Shown here in pieces: positions 28,222-36,457 of a stretch of 64,000 nucleotides of DNA. Every line of letters begins with the position of its first letter. Position 1 is the stretch's first letter. The notes beneath the pieces were generated by a model. The model made no database searches. It worked only from the letters and a program-made list of their open reading frames with translations, and was not told the DNA's origin. Where the stretch lies: the NCBI GenBank assembly GCA_020636535.1, contig JACJXT010000011.1:776680-840679 (forward strand), read 5' to 3'. Source of the stretch: Chitinophagales bacterium. GTDB taxonomy: Bacteria > Bacteroidota > Bacteroidia > Chitinophagales > JADIYW01. Both the position numbers and the translations under genes were made by a program.

Positions 28222-29511
28222 TTAAGCATTGATGTTACTTTTTCTTCTGTGTATCCATTCAATGATAAAACAGAAAACAATAATTCCTAAAGAAACAAAA
28301 ATACCTGTAATATTGCTTTGTATTTGTTGTTTAATTAATATTATGAGTGCTATAATGCATAAAATAAATCCAGCCATTGGTATTATTTTATTGGCATTAA
28401 TTTTATTAGCTAGTTTATATGCTACTAGATTTACAATTCCGAATATAAGAATAAAACCAATACTTCCTGTTGTAGAAATACTTTCTAGGTTTAATACATT
28501 AACTAATATTAGTGTTGCTACTGTGGTAACGACTAGTCCAATTGGTTGTCCCCAAAGTTTTGCCAAATAATGTTTTGGTAGCTGGTTGTCTTTAGCAATT
28601 TCGTAGTTTACTTGACTTCCTCCATATATTGTAGCGTTGATAGCCGAAAAGGTAGAAATTAATGCAGCAATAGTAATTATGGTGAAGCCAATTTGTCCTA
28701 GCATTGGTTTAGCTGCTTCTGCTAATACATAATCTTGAGCATTGGCAATTTGATTAAATGGTAGTGAACCTACTGTTACAAATGCAATGGTAATGTATAG
28801 TATTATTACAAATATAACTGAATAGTAGTATGCTTTAGGTATATTTTTTATTGGATTAACTATATCTGGTGCTGCATTGGCAATGAGTTCAAAACCTTCG
28901 TATGCTACAAAAATGACCATACCACCAGCAAATAATTTTATAGGATTTTCCCAATGTGATATAGATAATTGTTCTAAGTTTGGATTACCAATTAGTCCGT
29001 ATGCTCCAATAATTACAAAACCGATTAATATAATTAATTTTATTATAACTGCAAATGATTCAATTTTTCCTACAATAGCAATGCTATAATAGTTGATTGC
29101 TGTAGCTATGATTATAATAGCACTAGCATATATATGAAAATTAATAGTTTTGTTAGAAGTAATTTCCCAAAGATTTGGAGCATATGACCCAAATGCAGAT
29201 GCGTATAACGATAGCATGATAATATAACTCAACCACAGCAAGTTATTTATTGCTCCACTAAAAACGGTAATGCCAAATCCTTGATTAATGAATTTTACAG
29301 TGCCACCTCTGTCTGGAAAGGTTAAAGACATTTTTGCATAACTATATGCTGTTAGTATTGCAACAATTCCTGCGAAAAGGAAAGCAATTGGCGTACCACC
29401 TTTGGCTAATTCTACAGCAAGACCAAGTACTGCGAAGATTCCACCACCAACCATTCCACCAATTCCAATAGCTATGGCATCTTTAAGTGCTAGTTTTTTG
29501 TTAATAGACAT
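28222..29511 (-). CDS. Amino acid permease (APC family)
   Basis: 429 aa with about 12 TM segments and the N-terminal motif GIGGMVGGGIF. Confidence 0.8.
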   Translation of the reverse strand: MSINKKLALKDAIAIGIGGMVGGGIFAVLGLAVELAKGGTPIAFLFAGIVAILTAYSYAKMSLTFPDRGGTVKFINQGFGITVFSGAINNLLWLSYIIMLSLYASAFGSYAPNLWEITSNKTINFHIYASAIIIIATAINYYSIAIVGKIESFAVIIKLIILIGFVIIGAYGLIGNPNLEQLSISHWENPIKLFAGGMVIFVAYEGFELIANAAPDIVNPIKNIPKAYYYSVIFVIILYITIAFVTVGSLPFNQIANAQDYVLAEAAKPMLGQIGFTIITIAALISTFSAINATIYGGSQVNYEIAKDNQLPKHYLAKLWGQPIGLVVTTVATLILVNVLNLESISTTGSIGFILIFGIVNLVAYKLANKINANKIIPMAGFILCIIALIILIKQQIQSNITGIFVSLGIIVFCFIIEWIHRRKSNINA

Positions 29512-29784
29512 TTTAATTGTTTAGTACAAGATATGATAAATAGTAATTATATCTAAGCGGTTGTGCATACTTCTCAAAATTTTGCAATGATTTCTATGAT
29601 AATACCAAATAGATTTATTTACTGTTAGTATTATAACATTATTTGTTTTCTGTATTCTTTCCAAATTTTACAAAGGGTATAATTGGGCAAGAAAGTTAGT
29701 TTTATCAACAATGCAATCTTTGCTTATTATCTTTTGTTTAGTGCTTTTTTTGGCATTTTAATATACTTTAGATAAAAAAATAAC

Positions 29785-30630
29785 ATGACCACTCGACCAG
29801 AAGCTAAAATTAGAAAGGTCAATTTTGTTTTCGAAAAACCTTTTCCTAAGCATTGGTACAATGACAATCCAATTGCTACACATTTTATGAATGCACAACA
29901 TTTGGCATTTCCAGATGGTGAAAAATTCTTTATTAGAAGTGTAAAAGCTTTCGCCGATGCCTATAAGAATGACCCAGAGTTAAAGAAAAGAGTCAATAAT
30001 TTTATAGGACAAGAAGGCACACACTATGCAGAACATCAAAAGTTTTGGGACATTATGGAAAGTCAAAACTTAAATCCAATGAAGTTTGTAAAAGTATTTA
30101 GAAACTCTGCTTGGAATGGTCTAGAAGCGTATGCAAGAAAGCAATTCAATAAAAATAAATTCGCAGACAAAATGTGTCTAAGTATTACTGTTGCACTAGA
30201 ACATTATACAGCTATGCTAGCAGAAAGTGGCATTTTAGCACCAGAAATTACACAAAATATGCCTGCAGAAATGAAAGACTTATTTATGTGGCATGCTGCA
30301 GAAGAAATTGAGCACAAAGCCATTCCTTTTGATGTACTCAAAAAAGTAGATGATAGCTATGCATTACGAATTGGTGGAATGGCAATAGCTTCGTGGGGAC
30401 TTTGGTTTTACTTAGGATTAGGTACTGTAATGTTATCTATCGAAGATGAAGACATTAAAGCAAAAGATGTTCCTAAAAATCTGTTGATGTTTTTATTTGG
30501 GTTTAATCGAACTTTTGGAGGCACATTAAGAAAACAGTTTTTTCAATATTTTAAAAAAGATTTTCATCCAGACCAAATTGACAATTATTATTTGGCTGAA
30601 GAACTATTAGCAGGAAAAAATTATGCATAA
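29785..30630 (+). CDS. Predicted metal-dependent hydrolase family protein (paralog 1)
   Basis: Conserved WHAAEEIEHK and GQEGTHYAEH motifs. It is homologous along its length to the next gene. Confidence 0.6.
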   Translation: MTTRPEAKIRKVNFVFEKPFPKHWYNDNPIATHFMNAQHLAFPDGEKFFIRSVKAFADAYKNDPELKKRVNNFIGQEGTHYAEHQKFWDIMESQNLNPMKFVKVFRNSAWNGLEAYARKQFNKNKFADKMCLSITVALEHYTAMLAESGILAPEITQNMPAEMKDLFMWHAAEEIEHKAIPFDVLKKVDDSYALRIGGMAIASWGLWFYLGLGTVMLSIEDEDIKAKDVPKNLLMFLFGFNRTFGGTLRKQFFQYFKKDFHPDQIDNYYLAEELLAGKNYA

Positions 30631-30662
30631 CAAATAAAATTATTAATCTAAAAAATATTAAT

Positions 30663-31535
30663 ATGAAAACTAAACAAAAAGAAAACAATAAAAAAGCATA
30701 TAATCATGAAGAAATAAAAGTGCGTAGAGTAAACTTTAAGTTTGATAAAGGTACACCACGATTTTATTATGATGACAATCCTTTTAGTACACATTTTATT
30801 AATGTACTACATATTGTATTTCCAACTGGTGAAAGATTTTTTGTCAATTCGGTTTTAAATCATATGAATGATATTGAAGATGAGAAGCTAAAGAAACAAA
30901 TGAAAAACTTTTGTGGGCAAGAAGGCATTCATTCTACTATGCACGAAAGATTTTGGCAAATATTAAAAGACAATAATTATGAAATAAAAGGATTTGAAAA
31001 TCATATTGACAATTTGTTACATAAAGTGATGGCAAAAATTAAATTGCCATTCTTAAAAGAAGATAATCTTAATTTGGCAGTAACTGCTTGTCTAGAACAT
31101 TTTACTGCTTTGTTTGGTCATGCTATTTTTGAAAGTGTAGATACTAGTGCTGATACTGTTCCAGAAGATATTTCAGAATTATTTAGATGGCATGCAGCAG
31201 AAGAAATTGAACATAAAAGTGTTGCCTTTGATGTAATGCAACAAGTAGACGACCAAGAATATGGAAAACGAGTTGCCTTAATGCCAATAGCTACTGCTTT
31301 GTTGTATGCAGAATTAACCGCTGGTACTTTAATGTTATTATATCAAGATAGAAAATATTTAGAAGCTAAAAAATTACCTAAACAATTATATGAATTTGGC
31401 ACAGGTTTATTTATGGACTTACACAAAACGGTATTTAAAGATTACTTGAAATTCTTTAAAAGAGATTTTCATCCTAGCGATTTAAATGATTATCACTACG
31501 CAGAAGATTTCTTTAAAGACAAAGCTTATGCATAA
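30663..31535 (+). CDS. Predicted metal-dependent hydrolase family protein (paralog 2)
   Basis: Same motifs as paralog 1 (WHAAEEIEHK, GQEGIHSTMH); this is a tandem duplicate. Confidence 0.6.
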   Translation: MKTKQKENNKKAYNHEEIKVRRVNFKFDKGTPRFYYDDNPFSTHFINVLHIVFPTGERFFVNSVLNHMNDIEDEKLKKQMKNFCGQEGIHSTMHERFWQILKDNNYEIKGFENHIDNLLHKVMAKIKLPFLKEDNLNLAVTACLEHFTALFGHAIFESVDTSADTVPEDISELFRWHAAEEIEHKSVAFDVMQQVDDQEYGKRVALMPIATALLYAELTAGTLMLLYQDRKYLEAKKLPKQLYEFGTGLFMDLHKTVFKDYLKFFKRDFHPSDLNDYHYAEDFFKDKAYA

Positions 31536-31556
31536 GTAGAATATAGATAGAACTAC

Positions 31557-31585
31557 ATTCTGAATTTATTTCAGAATCTTTTTTA
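31557..31585 (+). terminator. Terminator hairpin identical to hairpin 1 of the 125-bp repeat
   Basis: attctgaa-ttta-ttcagaat followed by cttttttaat, 22 nt after the stop codon. Confidence 0.6.
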
Positions 31586-31852
31586 ATCTTCGTTAGCAAA
31601 AAACGACTAAGCAATTTATGTTTTTTATAGATTTGATACAGAATTCTAATTAAATAATAATATAGAATAATATATTTGTGTTATAATTTAATTGTATAAT
31701 ATAGCAAGCATCACCTAGCACTCAACAAACTCAAAACAAATACACCAAAAAAAATAAAATAAATATTTATATTTGATTATAACTATCCGATGTCAACTGT
31801 TATTGATGATAGTAGTATTTAGTTGTAAGCTTGAAAAATATATAATAGATAA

Positions 31853-32413
31853 ATGAACATCAGAAAAGTAAATATACAGGACATTGAAAAACTAAAAGAA
31901 ATTGGGAGATTGACCTTTGCTGAGACTTTTTCTTCTGAAAATAGCGAACAGAATATGAAAGAATATTTGGAAAACGGATTTTCTACTGAAAAACTGACTG
32001 TGGAACTGACCGATCAAAATGCTGAATTCTACTTTGCGGAGCTTGAGGGGAATACAATCGGTTATTTAAAAATAAATATAGGACAATCTCAGACGGAAAT
32101 AAAAGACAAAAACGCACTAGAAATTGAACGGATTTATGTGCTAAAAGAATTCCATGGAAAAAAAGTTGGACAAATCCTTTATGACAAAGCGATTGAATTG
32201 GCAAAAGAAAAAAACATAGAATATATTTGGTTGGGAGTTTGGGAACAAAACCTGAGAGCAATTAGATTTTATGAAAAAAATGGATTTGTGGCTTTTGATA
32301 AACACATTTTCAAACTTGGAAACGATAAACAAACAGATATAATGATGAAATTAAAGCTGAATAAAAAAACAACCACGACATCAACACCAATTCCACCACT
32401 AAGTAAAAAATAA
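31853..32413 (+). CDS. GNAT-family N-acetyltransferase
   Basis: Acetyl-CoA binding pattern VLKEFHGKKVGQILYDKAIELA and YEKNGF. Confidence 0.85.
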   Translation: MNIRKVNIQDIEKLKEIGRLTFAETFSSENSEQNMKEYLENGFSTEKLTVELTDQNAEFYFAELEGNTIGYLKINIGQSQTEIKDKNALEIERIYVLKEFHGKKVGQILYDKAIELAKEKNIEYIWLGVWEQNLRAIRFYEKNGFVAFDKHIFKLGNDKQTDIMMKLKLNKKTTTTSTPIPPLSKK

Positions 32414-32513
32414 ACAAAAACTATACAAATATTTTATTGTATTAAAAACTTCTCAGCAACATCTTTCTTAAAAGATACTACAAAAAAATAAAAGCTACCT
32501 AATTTTGCTTTCG

Positions 32514-33161
32514 CTAAATCAATCCTTTGTCGTTGGCAATTTTTACTAGTGCCGTAGTATTTTTTACATTCAATTTAGACAGCATATTTTTTCTATGTGT
32601 CTCTACAGTATTTTTGCTAATATATAATTTCGCTGCAATATCTTGGCTAGTCAAACCATCTGCAATTAACTTCAAAATTTCTAATTCTCTTTGTGTAATT
32701 AAGTTACTTATTTCTTCAGCAGTTCTCTCATTATCATTATTCGATAAAGAATTGAGTAATTTTTCTTGAACATCTTCACCTAAAAACGACTTATTTTCTG
32801 CTACATGATGAATCCCTTTGATAATATCTTCTTGAGCAATCGTTTTTAAAACATATCCTTTAGCACCAATTTCTAAGCAAGTCTTTATAAATCTAGACTC
32901 ATTATGCATCGTCAAAATCAACACTTTAAGCTGATTGTTTTTTGCTAAAATAGCTTTTGTTGCTTCAATACCATCCATTTCTGGCATCGTAATATCCATT
33001 AAAACAACATCAATATCTAGTGATAGAATTTTTTCAACAGCAATTTTTCCATTTTCGGCAGTGCCTACAACTTCAAAATCTTTTTGTTCTTCAAGCACAT
33101 CAACCAAACCTTTTAAATATAAAGGATGATCATCTGCTATAAAAATCTTTATAGTTTTCAT
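32514..33161 (-). CDS. Response regulator, NarL/LuxR family
   Basis: Receiver domain (IADDHPL..., DVVLMDITMPEMDG, K at LKT) plus the LuxR HTH LTQRELEILKLIADGLTSQDIAAKLYISKNTVETHRKNM. Confidence 0.9.
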   Translation of the reverse strand: MKTIKIFIADDHPLYLKGLVDVLEEQKDFEVVGTAENGKIAVEKILSLDIDVVLMDITMPEMDGIEATKAILAKNNQLKVLILTMHNESRFIKTCLEIGAKGYVLKTIAQEDIIKGIHHVAENKSFLGEDVQEKLLNSLSNNDNERTAEEISNLITQRELEILKLIADGLTSQDIAAKLYISKNTVETHRKNMLSKLNVKNTTALVKIANDKGLI

Positions 33162-33181
33162 ATAACAAAGGTAAGAAAGAA

Positions 33182-33520
33182 TTACAGATATTTAATAAAA
33201 GCCCATATTTTTCTATCAAGTATATATTGCTGATTTTTCTCATTGGCATATGCTTCTCGCTCAAAAGAAATATTTTTATATGCTAAATTGGCATTTCTGT
33301 ACTGTATCAATCTAATAAAATACTCAATACTATACCATAGATAAAAAAACAATATAAATAATTCCAGCTGTTGATGTATGTGTATGCGTTCGTGATTTAC
33401 AAACACTTGGTCGTTCGCTAAACCTTTCGATTTAATAAAAATAAAAGGAAAAATAGTAATACCAGCTATGTTTTTTGGTGTAAACCATTTTAGAAATGAC
33501 TGACTAATAATAATCCACAT
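33182..33520 (-). CDS. Small membrane protein with an HExxH motif (function unknown)
   Basis: The motif HERIH lies between hydrophobic segments. It sits 20 nt upstream of the response regulator on the same strand. Confidence 0.35.
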   Translation of the reverse strand: MWIIISQSFLKWFTPKNIAGITIFPFIFIKSKGLANDQVFVNHERIHIHQQLELFILFFYLWYSIEYFIRLIQYRNANLAYKNISFEREAYANEKNQQYILDRKIWAFIKYL

Positions 33521-33581
33521 ACTACATAAAATTACAACAATACAATTAAATTTTTTACATTTACTTTTTTAGATAAATAAA

Positions 33582-34751
33582 ATGAGTAAAAGAAAATACA
33601 ATATAGTAGTGTTTGGTGCTACTGGTTTTACAGGAAGTTTAGTAGCCGAATATCTTGCAAAAAATGCCACTGAAAACAATATTTTATGGGCAATTGCAGG
33701 AAGAAACAAAAACAAGTTACAAGCAGTAAAAGATAAATTAATTGCTATCAATAATAATTGTAAATCGCTAGATATTTTAATTGCTGATGTAGATGATTAT
33801 AGCAGTTTACTTGATGTTTGCAAACAAACCGATGCTGTAGTTACTACTGTTGGTCCTTTTATTTTATATGGCGAAAATTTAGTAAAAGCTTGTGTTGAAG
33901 CAAAAACTCATTACTGCGATATTACTGGCGAACCTGAGTTTGTAAAAAATATGTATAAAAAATATAATGAACAAGCTAAAACTAATAAAGTATATATTGT
34001 CAACTGTTGTGGTTTTGATAGTATTCCTGCTGATGCTGGTGCCTTTTATACAGCCATGCAATTACCAGCCAACGAACAAAAAACAATTCGTGGTTTTGTA
34101 AGTACCAATGCTTCATTTTCTGGTGGTACTTTTGCTTCGGCCTTACATGCATTCTCTGATGTTGCTAAACTCACTGCTTCTAACAAAGCCAGTAAAAAAT
34201 CAACAAACGATAAACCTGTCAATTTTCAACCATTATATTTTGAAAAAGAATTGAAAAAATGGGCTTTAACCATGCCAGTTATCGATAATAGTATTGTTGC
34301 ACAGACAGCAAAACTTAGACCTACAATTTTTGGTAAAAACTTTCATTATAATCAATACTTAGCTTTAAAATCACTAGGACAAGCAATAGGCATTACTTCT
34401 GTTGTAAGTGCTATGGTAATTGGTGCTCAGTTAAAATTTACTAGAGATTTATTACTCAATTATAGAAAAAGTGGCGAAGGACCAAGTGAACAAGAAAGAA
34501 ACAAATATTATTTTAAAGTGATTTTTATTGGCGAAAGCGAAACAAAAAAAGTAATGACAAAAGTTTCTGGTGGCGATCCTGGTTATACCGAAACTTCTAA
34601 AATGTTGAGCGAAACAGCAATGCTCATCATCAATCAAAAAGACCAATTAACACTAGAAGGTGGTGTAGTAACACCTAGTGGTTTATTGGGTCAGTTATTG
34701 ATTGAAAAACTGAACAGCAAAGGTATTAAATTTGAAATATTAGAACAATAA
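33582..34751 (+). CDS. Saccharopine dehydrogenase-like NAD(P)-binding oxidoreductase
   Basis: N-terminus VVFGATGFTGSLVAEYL. The 389-aa length and layout are typical of the family. Confidence 0.75.
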   Translation: MSKRKYNIVVFGATGFTGSLVAEYLAKNATENNILWAIAGRNKNKLQAVKDKLIAINNNCKSLDILIADVDDYSSLLDVCKQTDAVVTTVGPFILYGENLVKACVEAKTHYCDITGEPEFVKNMYKKYNEQAKTNKVYIVNCCGFDSIPADAGAFYTAMQLPANEQKTIRGFVSTNASFSGGTFASALHAFSDVAKLTASNKASKKSTNDKPVNFQPLYFEKELKKWALTMPVIDNSIVAQTAKLRPTIFGKNFHYNQYLALKSLGQAIGITSVVSAMVIGAQLKFTRDLLLNYRKSGEGPSEQERNKYYFKVIFIGESETKKVMTKVSGGDPGYTETSKMLSETAMLIINQKDQLTLEGGVVTPSGLLGQLLIEKLNSKGIKFEILEQ

Positions 34752-34753
34752 AT

Positions 34754-35248
34754 ATGAGTTTAGTTGAAACCATTACACAGTATTTAGACAAGATAAAGTG
34801 GAAGTACCATTTAGAAAATGAACAGCAAATTAAGTTTGGTGTTAAGCTAGATAAAATAAAACTGGACTGTCTTTTTGATGTTCAACAAGAAAATAATATT
34901 GTGCTTTTTTATAGTGTATTTCCAATAATGGTAGATTATAATTTAAGAAATACAATTTCAGAATATATTACTAGAGCTAATTTTGGATTAAAAATTGGCA
35001 ATCTAGAAATGGATTTTAAAGATGGCGAAATAAGATATAAAACTTATGCCAATACCGATTTCAACTGTTTTAATGAAGCCATCGTGCGACATATATTACA
35101 TGCCAATATTCAAACTTTCGATAGATATATACAAGGTATCGTAAAAATATTATTTGCCAACTATACGGCAGAAGAAGCCATACATTTAGTAGAACAATTA
35201 ATAGATGTAAATGATATAGACATCAGTGAATTAAAAAATTTGTTGTAA
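34754..35248 (+). CDS. YbjN-like domain protein (tentative)
   Basis: The 164-aa size and alternating beta/alpha pattern resemble the YbjN/T3SS-chaperone-like fold. This is recollection-level evidence only. Confidence 0.35.
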   Translation: MSLVETITQYLDKIKWKYHLENEQQIKFGVKLDKIKLDCLFDVQQENNIVLFYSVFPIMVDYNLRNTISEYITRANFGLKIGNLEMDFKDGEIRYKTYANTDFNCFNEAIVRHILHANIQTFDRYIQGIVKILFANYTAEEAIHLVEQLIDVNDIDISELKNLL

Positions 35249-35265
35249 ATATTAATTAAATAACT

Positions 35266-35760
35266 ATGGGACAATACAACGCAAACTCTACAAATTCTAA
35301 AAATTTTAGTTTGATTTCTGACAATGAAAAAATTGGAGAATTAATTTATAAAAAATGGTATTCATTTGATGCTGAAATTCTAATGACTGATGGCAAAAAA
35401 TATCAGCTTGAACCTAAAGGATTTTGGGATTCAAAAATTGAATTAAAAGAGCAGAATGAAACTTTATTAGAATTTAAAATGGGTTGGAAAGGAATACTTA
35501 TCACCACTTATTTTGATAAAAAAGAAAAGCACTATTTACTAAAACTAAAAGGACTTTTGAGCAGTAAGTACATTCTACTTAACAATGACAATGAAGAGTT
35601 AATGGTTGTTGAAACTAAATTTAAATGGACTAAACTCAACTTTGACTATAATATTGAAACAACTCAAAATTTTGATCATTTAGACAATGAAAAATTATTA
35701 GTGCTAACAGTATTACATTGCATAAATTATTATATGACAGTTATTGCAGCAACAGTATAA
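35266..35760 (+). CDS. Hypothetical protein
   Basis: Clean 164-aa ORF, 18 nt after the previous gene. It is beta-rich with a hydrophobic C-terminal helix. No family recognised. Confidence 0.4.
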   Translation: MGQYNANSTNSKNFSLISDNEKIGELIYKKWYSFDAEILMTDGKKYQLEPKGFWDSKIELKEQNETLLEFKMGWKGILITTYFDKKEKHYLLKLKGLLSSKYILLNNDNEELMVVETKFKWTKLNFDYNIETTQNFDHLDNEKLLVLTVLHCINYYMTVIAATV

Positions 35761-35958
35761 TATAAAAACCAATATACAATTGATATTCTTAATAACATGA
35801 GTTTAGTTTAAGCGTGAATGAAAACTAGTTGATTAAATTGCTGAATAAAAATACTAAGACATAGCTTAACTAAAATAATCTATCACTGATATTTAATTCC
35901 AAATCCTGATTATCTACTTTTTTAGTTCTTTAGATTTATGCCTTTTTATATGGAATAG

Positions 35959-36171
35959 CCAATATTAGTAGCAGATATGCAAGGTATTAACTATACTACG
36001 ATTAATTTTCCTAAAAAAGGAATTTTGTTGATTGGCAATGAAGGCAATGGTGTAAAAACTGCTTTGCTTGATTTAGCACAACACATTATTACAATTCCAA
36101 AAATTGGACAAGCAGAATCGTTGAATGCAGCCATTGCTACGAGTTTAATTTGTGCCAAGATTAGGTTGTAG
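35959..36171 (+). pseudogene. Remnant of a SpoU/TrmH-family RNA 2'-O-methyltransferase (C-terminal ~65 aa only)
   Basis: GILLIGNEGNGV...IPKIGQAESLNAAIATSLI matches SpoU motifs 2-3. The frame closes with TAG at 35956 and no N-terminal portion exists upstream. Confidence 0.6.
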
Positions 36172-36363
36172 TGATTTATTATAAAACAATCTCGTTTAAA
36201 TAGCGATACTATATAATAAAGCAAATCTCGTTTAATGTGATAATAAATACATTGTATAAATACCTATATTTTGGTATTTTAAAAATAAATTTGTTAAATT
36301 ATTTTTTTACAGATACATGATATTGGTTTTCTAACATATATTTGTCAGCAAATAAATATTATG

Positions 36364-36396
36364 AAGAATCAAGAATCAAGAATCAAGAATCAAGAA
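36364..36396 (+). repeat. Heptanucleotide tract (AAGAATC)x4 plus a partial fifth unit, directly after an ATG
   Basis: Read directly: atg aagaatc aagaatc aagaatc aagaatc aagaa. Confidence 0.95.
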
Positions 36397-36457
36397 GTAT
36401 ACATTAGTAGTACTACTTTGTTTACTTGCAGTATGTAGTTGCAAAAAAGACAATGAA

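Noticed and set aside
35991-36224. Minus-strand 77-aa ORF opposite the TrmH remnant
   Set aside because: The plus-strand translation carries clear SpoU motifs, whereas the antisense product has none.
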